Assembly (NCBI RefSeq): GCF_004010195.1
Contig: NC_057718.1
Span: forward strand, 17,425,257-17,489,256
Direction of reading: 5' to 3'
Origin: Chiloscyllium plagiosum
Lineage: Eukaryota
Length of the DNA: 64,000 bases
Positions 24,726 to 36,574 of this stretch are shown here, piece by piece (the stretch's first letter is position 1; each line of letters opens with the position of its first letter). The translations under genes were made by a program, and so were the position numbers. The notes under the pieces are model-generated. The model was not told the DNA's origin. It saw only the letters and a program-made list of their open reading frames with translations, and ran no database searches.

Positions 24726-26809
24726 CCAGATTTTGGTGATTAGTGTTGACACTCAAAAATCCCTTTCTTCCTTTACCTCATCTTCCTAGTAATAAGTGAC
24801 GTTTCTATTTTTTCTGACAAAATGTGCTGCCTCCCCCCTGTATTACTCTTCATTTGACAACGATTTGCTCATTCTGCAAGTTTATTAATGTCCTCTTGTA
24901 ATTTATCACAGTCCTCCTTCATATCAACATCCTCCTCCCTCCATCAGCAATCTCCCTCATTGCATTTTGTTGTTGTCTGCATCCTTAGAAATTTTGTTTT
25001 TGATTTCAAAATCCACAATGTACAGTATGGACAGCAGTGGTTCCAGCACTGATCTTTGTAATTTCCCACCACTCTGTATCATTACCCTTTAATCCTTGCT
25101 TTCTGCATTCTAACAATCCATTCCAGATTAGGTTTCAGTGTTATTGTTTAAATAGTTGTTATAGAGTTGATGTTTGTTTGCAGAACAAATTCACCTACTT
25201 TGCACAGTTCTTCTTACAACATATTTTAAAACAAGGGGCAAAACTGAAAGCCAACCAACCTTTGAACTCTAAAAGTTACGAGTTTCGCAATAAAGGTAAT
25301 TTTAAAAGGATTTTCCATCTGCAAGTTGGAGTTTTCCTCTTGGGATACGGATTTTGTTATTAGTAACTCTGGAGAAAAATAAATTATGTAAAAATAAAAC
25401 AAATACTCAGACTAGTGTATTTCACTAGTGAAAGCAGACCTTGTTTTCAAGTTCACATGGAAATTGGTGATTTTGAATATGAAGTTTTACAAATAGTCTT
25501 GTTAAAGGAATGCATTTAGCTTAAAGTTCAAGGGAATTAATTTGTAAATTATTTTCAATGTTGACATATGGAACTAAAGCTGGGGTGAAATAAATATTGG
25601 GTGCGTTTGGATAAGTGTAAAGTCAAGGAATTGACAATTATTATGGGTTCCAATGATCCAAAGTACCAACAGTAAAAACACCCATTTGATTTTTGAATAT
25701 AATCAGTTTGTGGATATCCTCTGATCATTTCATTGTATGTCACAAATCTTGAGCAATGTTTGCAGTTGCTTAATACAAAACTGAGTTTTGAGCCTGGACA
25801 TTTTGCCCTTGCTGGATTTGGAATTGAGGATGGACAGGAGCTAAAAATAGTCCTGCCAGCTCCAACTTGCCTCCCTAATTGCAGGAAACTGACGAATATT
25901 CCAGTTGTTCAGCCTTCAGTTCCCACAGACTGCAACAGATCAAATTCAGTTGAGCAATATTGCAGGATTAAAATTAAATGTAATGTTAATTTTAATCCTA
26001 TATAACGCACATCATTAATTGAGAATAACTACTCCAGACCTCTTTTTGGAGCTGTCCAGTATTGTAAATGTACCAATGACCTCTGAAAGTTTCCAGCTAT
26101 GGATGGGACTAATACTGTGAATAATTCAGAGTGTGAGAATATCTCTACATTTGGGGCAGTAGGTTCTTCATCTTGTTTTTGTTTAGCCAACAGTAATCTT
26201 TGCAAGTTAATTCTCTTCACAGATAATGGAATCAAGGAAATGAGAGTTTGTGCATTTATATGTATAAAACCATTTGGAATCTGCAAATTAAGTAGTGTCC
26301 TTTTAGTTTCGGCTTAAATATCAAATATGTTTTGAGACATGAAGGTACAAGTGCTTTCAATGGAACAGAATAGAGAAAAGGCTTTGAAGGACTACAGATG
26401 GATTATACTGAGGATCAATGTGAAAACTCTACAGTTCAGATGCTTCTGCCTAAATAAAGCGATATCTGCAACCATACTTAATACATAATGTACAGGAAGT
26501 AATGAATAGTGCTTAAAGTACCAACAGCAAAAGCACCCATTTTATTCTTGAAATATAGTTTTGTGAGGCAAGGGAAGAGAAAAGAAAGGCACAGTATTTA
26601 TCTTTTGTCATCTAGAAAGTTCAAGCTGTTAGCTTTACTTGTTGTTTAGCAACTGGAACATTTTAATTGTAGAGATGAAAGGAAATAGTTAAAAAGAAAC
26701 TACAGAAAATCTGATTATATAGGTAAACATTTTTGTCTGTGTATAAATGTAAAGACATCAAAGGTAAATACGTTTGATTATGTAAATCGCAATATTTAGG
26801 GATTGTTTA

Positions 26810-27530
26810 GTAGTGCAGAACTTGATAAAAAGGCAAATGTGTTGCCAAAGCTTTTTATTTTGCACTTTTCAGGATGAACCAAAGATGGCAAATTTCAAAT
26901 GATGATAATTTACAGTATGGGACAAAAGAAGTGTTGGTTATAAGTGTGCCGACTGGCTGGGGTATTAGTATTGAGAAGGCAGCCAGGATCTATAGATCCC
27001 CAAACCTCCAGGTAATTTGAAAAATGTGCAAAGCTTGAATATATTTAAAGAGTTTATTCATTACCTGCAGCAAACAGATCTGTACATATGTTAGTTATAG
27101 CAAATGTAAATGAGCCATGTTATGGGTTTGATTGATTATCTTAAATTGGTTGTTATTATAGCTATTAGTGATCTAAGGATTGTTCACCATGTGTTGCCCA
27201 ATCTCAAAATCACATCTAACAATGGATGCTTTGTTTGGATTTTGTATGTGCAGATTGGTTGAATGTGGATACAACTCTGCCTGTTACAATTAACTGAAGG
27301 AATGCATTTAAAAAAATGTACCTGGTGCTTTGAGAAGCATATGGTTCCTCTGTACTTTTTCCATGACAAAGTCTTTGCCCAATCAGATTCAACTTATCAG
27401 TTAATTATGTCCCCCTTTCCTCCTGCAGTATAAGTTATTATTGTTGAAATTTGCTATTGTTGCATTCGTTTTTTTGAGTGCACGATGAAAAAGCTTTGGC
27501 AACACGTCTTTTTTCCAACAAAAATCAGTG
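26810..27530. mobile_element. Ancient PLE family C fold-back element
   Basis: Perfect 18-bp inverted pair at 26839-26856 and 27488-27505 within diverged arms. The interior reads CDFEIGQHMVNNP*ITNSYNNNQFKIINQTHNMAHLHLL* on the minus strand. Confidence 0.7.
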
Positions 27531-27609
27531 TATAATGCCCAGAATTCTTTATTCCATTTGTTGTACATTGTGCTTGACTTTTCAGGTACCTCTGTTAACC
27601 ATTTTTCAG

Positions 27610-27878
27610 GTGTGAAGCGATTGCCCATGGCTGAATTAAATGAGCTTCTGGAGGAAATTGAGACTGCGATAAAACACTACTCTGAGGAGCTGATTCAACA
27701 GTTAGCATTGCGCGATGAGCTAGAGTTTGAAAAAGAGGTGAAAAACAGCTTCATCTCGATACTTATTGAGGTTCAAAACAAACAGAAGGAGCACAAGGAA
27801 ACAATGAAGAAGAAAAAGAAACAAAAGAATGGAACTCCACAAAATGGAAAGCAAGAGAAAAGTCACATGCCAGGAACG
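27610..27878 (+). CDS. FEZ2: FEZ2 coiled-coil exon (269 nt), (R)VKRLPMAELNELLEEIETAIKHYSEELIQQLALRDELEFEKEVKNSFIS...SHMPGT
   Basis: Acceptor atttttcag, donor ACG|gtgagt, phase 1 to 0. Contains the UNC-76/FEZ signature LALRDELEFEKEVKNSFI and a basic KKKKK stretch. Confidence 0.97.
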
Positions 27879-28983
27879 GTGAGTCGTGGATTCTATTACT
27901 ACATGGACAAAGCTCCCTATATTGTCATTGATGTGTACTCTTTAATTCAAATAATAAATCAGTAAACTATTTTTACAGAATGGCTGACAATTATTTTACA
28001 GTTTACTAGTGAAAGGAAGGTTATTGAGGCAAAGAATTAAAAATAACAATTAATCACATTCACCATCACTTTATTGTGGCATTTGGAAGGCAGCATTCTC
28101 TTGAGGGAACAAGCAGGGGAGAAGACATCAATTTAAAACGTCATGGCTATAGAACTGTTTGATCTACTGACAGAGGTGACAGTGCTATCCTATTAGCTGA
28201 ATAGAAGCTGTCAGACTTGTGCTTTCTGGCATACCTTCCAACAGAATAGTAATGAGCATAGGCGATATAAATACACCTTCATGTTTTTACTATGATTTTA
28301 TCAAATACTCTCACCAGTTTAACTCTCATTTTAATGTTCTGACATGGATAATTTTTAGAATATGCATTAGATCAGGTAAACTATCAGATTATATCTTAAC
28401 ATTTTTCATGTAGCCAGACTGACAGCTAAGGAGATAAAGGTTTATTTCCAGGAACCAAATCAAATGATTTTCTCCTTTTATATACTTGGAATAAATTCTC
28501 AGATGAAGGTATTGAGAAATGAATGACTGCTTTGTGTAGACAATGCTGCAAATTATAATGGGCTCCCAGTGGGCTGAGTCCTCCCCATTTCCAGTTCATG
28601 GCAACAAAACTGTCTGTACATGACCTTACTCACCCCGAATTGTTCAAAAGTCATAATTGCATGATTTTCTGGTTGTGGACTTTCCTCAGTGTTGTCACAC
28701 AGATTATGCTGCAAAAGGTTTATAGGCCTCTTGTTGTTTAAAACAGTGACAGCTAACACACAGAAACCAAGACTTGCATGCGTTTTTCTCCCCTAAGCAA
28801 ATTCAGTGGATTTGCACATCAATTAGCTGCGTGTGATGCAGAAATCGGAAGGTTTCCTTAGAAGAAAAAAGATAATTTCATGACAGTTTTGCTATGCATA
28901 TGAATACTGCTACATCCCTACAGCAGAATTTATTAAAAAAACATTGTTCACCACGTGTATATCACTGTCCAGACCTGCATATA

Positions 28984-29400
28984 TTACCCACTCCTAATTG
29001 CTTTTGAAAAGCTGGTGGTGAACTTCCTTGACTCACTGCAGTTTTTGGAATGTAATAACACCCCCAATTCTTTTGAAAAGGGAGATCCACAGCAATGAAG
29101 AAATAGCAAAATAGTTACCCACCAGGATGGTGTTTGGCGTGGAGGGAACTTGCATCTGTTCCCATGCATCTGTTGCTCTAGTCCTTCTTGATGGTATGTC
29201 ATTGGTTGAGAAGATACTGTCAAAGGAACTTAGGTGAATTGCTGCAGTGCATCCTGTAGTGCTGTACCAAAAGGAGTTCCAGGATTTGAGTTCCAGAATT
29301 TTGACCTAAAGGCAGTTACGAAATATCTGTATATTTCTGTAAGGATGGTAAATGGCTTAAAGGGAAACTTGCAGGTGATGATCCTGTGCATCTGCCAAAA
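28984..29400 (-). mobile_element. Old CR1/L2-group LINE 3' fragments
   Basis: Same family as 10310-10435 and 56420-57050. Confidence 0.6.
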
Positions 29401-29583
29401 ATGAGGCCCTTCTAGTACATCTCGATTTTTTAAAGTAAAATATTTTGAAGTTGATTTGAAGTTATGTCTTACAATTGCAGTATTTATAGAAACTTTTTGT
29501 ATTTTATGGAGAGTATCACACTTTAGAAACTATTTGGTTCTTCGAGTTGCCTTGTCCTCCCAGCCTGATTTGACATTAACAAA

Positions 29584-29893
29584 GGTGGCACGATGGCTAA
29601 GTGGTCAACACTGCTGCCTCACAGCGCCAGGGACTTGGGTTTGATTCCAGCCTCGGGTGGCTGTCTGTGTGGAGTTTGCATATTCTCCTGGTGTTTGCGA
29701 GGGTTTCCTCCAGGTGCTCCAGTTTCCTCCCACAGTGAATTGGCCATACTAAATTGACCATAGTGTTCTCTGATGTGTAGGTTAGGTGCATTAGTCAGGA
29801 GTAAATGTAGAGTAACAGGGTTACTCTTCGGATGGTTGGTATGGACTTGTTGGGCTGAACGGCCCGTTTCCACACTGTAGGAATTCTATTCTA
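29584..29893 (+). mobile_element. HE1-type SINE with a small internal deletion
   Basis: ggtggcacgatggctaagtggtcaacactgctgcctcacagcgccagggacttgggtttgattcc, then body and tail. Confidence 0.85.
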
Positions 29894-29927
29894 AAGCATT
29901 GCTTACCAAAGTTAGTGCCCTTGTTTG

Positions 29928-30017
29928 GAAATGTGTTGCTGGAAAAGCGCAGCAGGTCAGGCAGCATCCAGGGAACAGGAGAATCGATGTTTCGGGCATA
30001 AGCCCTTCTTCAGGAAT
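29928..30017 (-). mobile_element. 90-bp solo PLE family A terminal repeat with hammerhead core
   Basis: Perfect 13-bp TSD GTGCCCTTGTTTG at 29915-29927 and 30018-30030. Minus strand CUGAAGA-A-GGGC(UUAU)GCCC-GAAAC-AUC. Confidence 0.9.
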
Positions 30018-30429
30018 GTGCCCTTGTTTGTTAACCTGTCCAAAAGCACAATTTTCTTCTTCATGTTTTAAGAACAGATAAAATACCTATTCAGATAATA
30101 GATATAGTAAGTAGATTTTTAAAAAAAAATCCGCGCCCCCCATTCTTTCAAAGTATGTATTTTTAAGATGTCTTCTCCCTATCTTTGGTAGCTAGCTTTT
30201 TTTTTCTGTTAACCTGCTGGGATCTGGCAAATTTCTTTCAATCAAGGCAAGCAAGTTTCAATGACAGCACTTCTGCGACTCAAATTTAAGACTTTAATTG
30301 AAGGTTTAAGCTTTAAATAGACTTTTCTTTCCTGTGGGATGTCTGTCATCTTTAAGTAGATGAATGCCCTATAAAGCAAAATGTAGGAAAAAATAAAATT
30401 GCATTGCCAAATCTGTTTCATATACACAA

Positions 30430-31560
30430 CTTACTTGGTGGATAGGCAGGAAGGAAAAGGAGGTAAAATAACTTTGTTAGTAAAGGAAGAGACAAGTGCT
30501 GTAGTGAGAAATTATACAGGCGGTAAAGATCAAGACTTAGAATCAGTTGGGATAGAATGATAAATAGCAAGGTAAAGAGGTTCCTGGTGGAAGTAATCTA
30601 CAAGTCCCTGAAAAGTAGTTCCATTGTGGGCCACAGTATAAACTAGGAAATATTGTGCGCGTGTAAGGGAAGTAAGACAATAATCATGGGTGATTTTTAA
30701 TTTGTATTGACCAAATTAATCATGTTTCTAAGGATTGTCTCAAGGGAGGGTTCATTGAATGTATTAGAGAATGATTCCCAACATATTCCTCCGAGAATCC
30801 ATCAAGGAGCCAGCTGTTCTAGATTTGGTATTATGTAATGAGATGGGACTAATTAATGATGCCTTAGTAAAGGATCCTCTAGGGAAGAATGATCTTAGCA
30901 TGCTAGAATTTCAAATTCAGTTTGCGAGCAAGAAACTGGAGTGTTCTGGAGTCAAACAAAGATAGTTATATAGCCATGGGGACAGATTTAGCTCTGGTGG
31001 ACTGGGCAGGAATACTAAAGTTAGGACATTTGATGAGTAGAGGCAGATGTTTTAAGGAGATGTTCAAATTCTCCCAGCTAATATATATTCCACAGAGAAA
31101 GAATTGTAAAGGGGGCAACATGGTAAGCAAGAATGATAACATAAGGACAAAAATGAAAGCATACCATATTGCAAAGGCCAGCAGTGGGCTGGCAGATTGT
31201 GGAAGTATTAAAGATCAAAAAAAGGTTACTAAAAAAAGTAATAAAAGCCATTTTTGTTTTTCTTACATTGGAGGCAGTTCAATGATGGGTTTGTCTTATG
31301 AATAGAGCTTACGCCTATACACTCTAGATTTTAGAAGAAGGAGTGGAGATCTAATTGCAATATACAAAATACTAAAGGAGAGTGACAAAGTAGATGGAGA
31401 ATGGGAGAAATTCTTTCTCTCAAAAGGTCATGAATCTGTGGAATTCACTATTCCCGAGTATGGTAGATGCCAGGACATTGAGTATGTTTAAGGAGATAGA
31501 TTCTTAATTAGTAATAGATTGAAGGGTCATTGGGACTGAGCAGGAATGAGGAAAGAACAA
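30430..31560 (+). mobile_element. Old CR1 LINE, endonuclease-region fragment joined to a 3' end
   Basis: IIMGDF and AVLDLVLCNE..LGKND motifs. CR1 3' sequence from ~31280. Confidence 0.75.
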
Positions 31561-31597
31561 TTCAGTACAAAATAGGTTGTTTTTTTAAAAAAACAAT

Positions 31598-32075
31598 CAT
31601 CGACATATAGCATGGAAACAGACCCCTCAGTCCAACCAATCCATGCCAACCATAATCCCAATTGAAACTAGTCCCACCTGTCTGCACTTCGCCCAAATCC
31701 ATCCAAACATTTCTTCATGTACTTATCTAAATGCCTTTTAACTGTACCTGCATCCACCACTTCCTCTAGAAATTTATTCCACCCATGAACTACTCTGTGC
31801 AAAACAAAATTATCCTCATGTCTTTTTTTAAATCTTCCTCCTCTAACATTAAAAATATGCCCACTAGTCTTGAAATCCCCAACCCCAATGATAAGACACC
31901 TGCGTTCACATTATCTATATCACTCTTGATTTTATAAACCTCTGTAAGGTTATCTTTCAACCTTCTACGCTACAGAGACAAAAAGTCCCAACCTGTTCAG
32001 CTTCTCCTTATGACTCAGACCCTCCATTCCAGGGAACATCCTGGTAAATCTCTTCTGAACTCTCTCCAGCTTAAT
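31598..32075 (-). mobile_element. CR1 3' fragment
   Basis: Reverse complement of the CR1 3' end at 1950-2436. Confidence 0.82.
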
Positions 32076-33104
32076 AATATTTTATTTGTAGTCCTAGCTA
32101 TGTTTACTCTAAGCAAATTTTAACACCTCACCTATATTAATGGAAGTTACTCTGTTCATGAGTTAAATAATCTACCATAGTTACAAAACAAAACATGGGT
32201 TGAGATTATCCATGTACCAAAGAAATGAACGACACAGTTGAATTATTATGTATTTTCCGTTAACAATAAAAACATCATTTTTTATCCTGGTCATACTACA
32301 CTTTCGATACTTTGTGCATTAATTAGGTCATAGGGAGTGTAGGGTCACCTACAGAAACTGACGTGTGTCTAGCTCAAGAATGCAAATAATAATCTGTCCT
32401 TCAACGTACAATGCCTTTCCAAACTAAAAATCTTTTGCTTCTTCACTATCCGTATTCTGTGGAGTTGAGGCTGAAATGAGACCAGCAATGATAGTATTGA
32501 TTTGCTGAGCAGATTTGAGACCTGAATTGCCTACTTATGCTCCTTAGTCTTAGGTTCTTATTTACTGTATATTATTTGAAAATATTTTTTGTCTGAATTT
32601 TCATAAATATTCCAGCCCCTCTCTGGTTATAAAAAATGACGCTGGAGGCTGGTTTTTAATAGTGTGATATCTGCAACATGACTTATAAATTTCAAGCTTG
32701 TAAAGCTGTCAGATATCTTTGGAGAGATAAGATATCTTTTTGATATGTTCCTGGGACATTCTTTAAGGGAGACCAGGTATCCTTTAGGATTGTTAAGCAC
32801 AGAATAAATGTGGCTTAAAGGTACATGAACTCTTTGGAACTGTAAAACGCACTGGCCTGTCATACTGTGAAGTCTTTTAAAACTGCTCTCTATAAATATT
32901 TAGAAAATCTGTGCTTGCTATTTCACTCTGCCTGTTGAGATAAGTTTAATGTCCTCATTACAGGATTGGTGCTGCATATCGGGCATCACAACCTTTTATT
33001 ATCACAGTGAGGTTCCTGACACTTCACAGTTTGATAACTCTGGTTATAAGTGGGACTATGAACCCAAACCGTGTTTTCCTAAGGGATTAAAGAAAGTTGC
33101 ATAA

Positions 33105-33610
33105 CATAGATTGTAAGAGCAGGGAGGTCATGTTGGAGCTATACAGAACTTTGGTTAGGCCACAGGTATTGTGTGCAGTTCTGGTCACACAACAAGGGAT
33201 GTTTTGCACTGGAGAGGGTGCAGAGGAGATTCACCAGAATGTTCCCCAAGTTGGAATATTTCAGCTGTGAAGAGATGCTGGATAAGCTCAGGTTGTTTTC
33301 TTTGGAGCATTGAAGGTTGAGGGGATTGTGGTAGAGGTATATAAGATTTATGAAGGGCATTAGCAGGATGAATAGAAAGGCAGCTATTTCCCTTAGTCAA
33401 AGGGTCAATAACATAGGAGCATAAGCCTGGGATGGTAGTTGAGGCAGGAAACTTCACTACCTTCAAAAGGTACTTGGATGAGCACTTAAGTGTCATAAAA
33501 TTCAAGGCTAAGGACCTAGCGCAGGGATGTGGGCCTAATGCAGGTAGTACTTTTAGTCATACAGACATGATGGGCCAAAGGGCCTCTTGTGTACTATATG
33601 GTTATATGAA
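33105..33610 (+). mobile_element. CR1 3' fragment with internal deletion
   Basis: EVMLELYRTLVRP..YCVQFWS followed by the 3' tail. Confidence 0.8.
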
Positions 33611-33617
33611 ATTTAGT

Positions 33618-33840
33618 AGGCAAAAGAAAGGACTGCAGATGCTGAAAACCAGAGTTTAGATAAGAGTGGTGCTGGAAATGCACAGCAGATAAGGCAGCAT
33701 CCGATAGCAGGAAAATTGACATTTCGGGCAAAAGCCCTTCATCAGGAATGATGAAGGGCTTTTGCCCTAAACGTTGATTTTCCTGCTCCTCAGATGCTGC
33801 CTGATATGCTATGCTTTTCCAGCACCACTCTGATCTAAAC
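33618..33840. mobile_element. PLE family A fold-back element
   Basis: Perfect 14-bp TSD ATATGAAATTTAGT at 33604-33617 and 33841-33854. Arms ~33654-33744 and ~33749-33840, plus a 36-nt tail. Confidence 0.92.
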
Positions 33841-34742
33841 ATATGAAATTTAGTGCCTCCTTTTAGTCAGTGATATTCTTCTTTGCAATACTGAATTTTT
33901 CTATAGATAGTTAAGCATTTAATTTTACGTCATCTCAGATTAATCCAGAGGTCTGCCCATGGTGGTTGTGTGTTGGCATATGGCTGGTGGGTAAGGGAAC
34001 ATGGACTGCTCAAAATTTGTCACAGGATCAATAAGGAGCTGTGAGAGATGGATACAGGGAATAAATTGGCATGAAGTACATAAGAATCTTCAGGCAGTTG
34101 ATACAGGATCAAATGTTGGCAGAATGGGTAGAAGGGACCTTGGTGCAGTGGATGGGTTTAGAGAATAAAGTGGCATGTATGAGGAGTGTGATCAGGAGAG
34201 CTATTCTTTGTTTCATTTTCTTATTGCTCACAAAGGCTGGTGCACTGAGGTAGGCCTTCCACTTGGCCTACCTCAGTAGACAGCAGGTTGCAAATTTTCT
34301 GGAGTCACCATTCCACATGAAATACAGACGTTTTGGAACACTTTCTCCTGGATCAGGTTTTGCAAAACCAGTAATTGTCCCTACTCTGCCTTCCCAACCT
34401 TGGAGTAAAATTTCAGACATTTGTTATTTATTTTTGCTGCCTTAGATTTTCCTGTTCCTCCACCTCACCATACCCTTCTAAAATAGATAGCGATAAGTTT
34501 GATAATGGATAACAGATCATTTCCTTCCCAGTGATCTTCTAGTACAGAGAAGAATGTGACTAGCAACCTTGAGGAACATTATCACTCTGTTGGTCCATGT
34601 CTCATATCATCCTAACTTGAACATGTGTCTCTATAATTGTTACAGAGCAACAATCTTTTTAAATTATGGAATTTCCTACCCAAAACCTTTATTAGACATC
34701 ACAAACAAGGTAACTGTTCAGGGAGAATCACAACCTTGCCTA

Positions 34743-35080
34743 TTAGATTAGATTCCCTACAGTATGGAAACAGGCTCTTTGGCCCAACAAGTCCATACCA
34801 ACCCTCCGAAGATTAACCCACCCAGACCCATATTCCCACCATACATAAAAATATATCCCTGACTAATGCACCTAACACTATGGGCAATTTGACATGGCCA
34901 ATTCACCTGACCTGCACATCTTTTGGACTGTGGGAGGAAACCGGAGCACCCGGAGGCAACCCACGCAGACACAGGGAGAATGTGCAAACTCCACACAGAC
35001 AGTTGCCTGAGGCAGGAATCGAACCCAGCTTCCTGGTGCTGTGAGGCGGTAATGCTAACCACTGAGCTACCAAGCTGCCC
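34743..35080 (-). mobile_element. HE1-type SINE
   Basis: A/B boxes, body and tail. Confidence 0.88.
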
Positions 35081-35932
35081 TATGCTTCCTGCACTTTGAG
35101 AACAATGTTTTTTTAAAAAAATTACATTTGACTATAATTTTTGCAACTATCGCAACAATTTTCAGCAAGTCCTAACTAAAATGTCTGTGCCAATGCAGAG
35201 CAATGGCCAGTTCCAAGAAGGTTGCCTAGACACATGATAGTTAGCTCACTCTCCTAAAACACAAACTAAACATCTTGTCTTTAAAGCATAAAAGATAGTC
35301 GTACATGTTGAATGTTTTTAAACAAATATAGTTGACAGACTAGCGAATTACTTTTTTTTTACAGCAGATTTAAATTTTTTTTTGTCTTAAACTAATTAGC
35401 TTCTGCTAAATTACATCAGCTACAAGTTTTGGTATCAGAAGTTCTCTTCCTGCTGTATTTTTGTTAACGTCCCTGAAAATCTCCAAGAACAGGTTTATAG
35501 GAAGGAATTTATAACTTGAATTTTGTTTTGTTAGTCAACATATCCAGGCCAGCCATAGGTTAAAAGTGAAGTGGCCTCAGAAGTGGCCTTGCTAGAAATG
35601 GATTGTGATCCCTGATTTACAATATCCCATGGCTGAATGCAGTGATGTCAGCAATTTTTCTCCAAAAATAATGCAGAAACTCTGACTGTCACTGTATATT
35701 ATAGGTAATGACATATGAACATTGTGGAAGGATTTTAACTAAGACTTTATAATACAGTATGTATTTTTCAGTGCATTATTGTAAATGATGAGCTTTTAAT
35801 GTGCAGTAATAGTTTTATGGTTAGCCCTCATCTTTTATCTTCTTGCTCTTGTCCCTGTTGTGTGCTGTTGGTTGCGACCCTGTGATTTCATATGCTCTTT
35901 CTCTGTCCTTTTTCTGCTTTCTGCTGCTTCAG

Positions 35933-36013
35933 CGTTTCAGCATGGAGGGACTGTCAAATGTCATTCAGAATGGCTTTCGCCAGACATTTGGAAGCTCAGG
36001 TGGTGAAAAACAG
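35933..36013 (+). CDS. FEZ2: FEZ2 symmetric 81-nt exon, RFSMEGLSNVIQNGFRQTFGSSGGEKQ (probable cassette exon)
   Basis: Long pyrimidine tract then cag, donor CAG|gtgcct, phase 0-0. Homologous to the RFSMEG..N..Q.G.RQTFG segment of FEZ proteins. Confidence 0.9.
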
Positions 36014-36559
36014 GTGCCTTGTATGGTTTACATTTTTATTTCCTTTCCAGTCACCTTTCTTCATGTGGTTACTGCTTGCTTCATTTTGTGATCATATTCT
36101 GGGTAGATGGTGTGTAAATTCTATGTGCATTATTTCTCTGTTTAAGCAACAAAGTTGAAATACTTCTGTAGAGTTAAGCCACACGTGAAAGATGTACTTG
36201 CATTTTCCTCCTTCCATTTTAAGAGCCAACAATAGTGATGATAGGACTGTCCCTTAAAATAATAAGGATTAATTATGTCATCATGATCTGTCTTGCTCCA
36301 GTGAATTCTGGCTCTTTCCTTACTGAACAGAATATGTTTCAACAAATAACTTGTTGTATACAAGGAATTCGGTTCAAGCATACCAAGATTTAAATTCATT
36401 AGTGCAAACCTAACTCTTGACTTAACAAATTTAACATTTTGATTTATAGCAACATGTTTTATGAACCTTTTAAAGTTTATTAAGGGAAACTAAAATAACA
36501 CCACAAGATGAAATACGTATCAACATTGTTTGTCAAATTGGCTGCCTGTTCATGAAATG

Positions 36560-36574
36560 GTGCCACCTAGTGGT
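36560..36574 (-). promoter_or_regulatory. Candidate CTCF-binding motif
   Basis: Minus strand ACCACTAGGTGGCAC matches the core consensus CCASYAGRKGGCRS and lies in non-repetitive sequence. Confidence 0.55.

Noticed and set aside
27610..27878. Assignment to FEZ1
   Set aside because: DMHSIIVSC, ESPDPE..TPTQSDRLS, QNKQKEHKE, SHMPGT and EDSEKVPSLL match FEZ2 rather than FEZ1 as I recall them. Synteny cannot be checked here.
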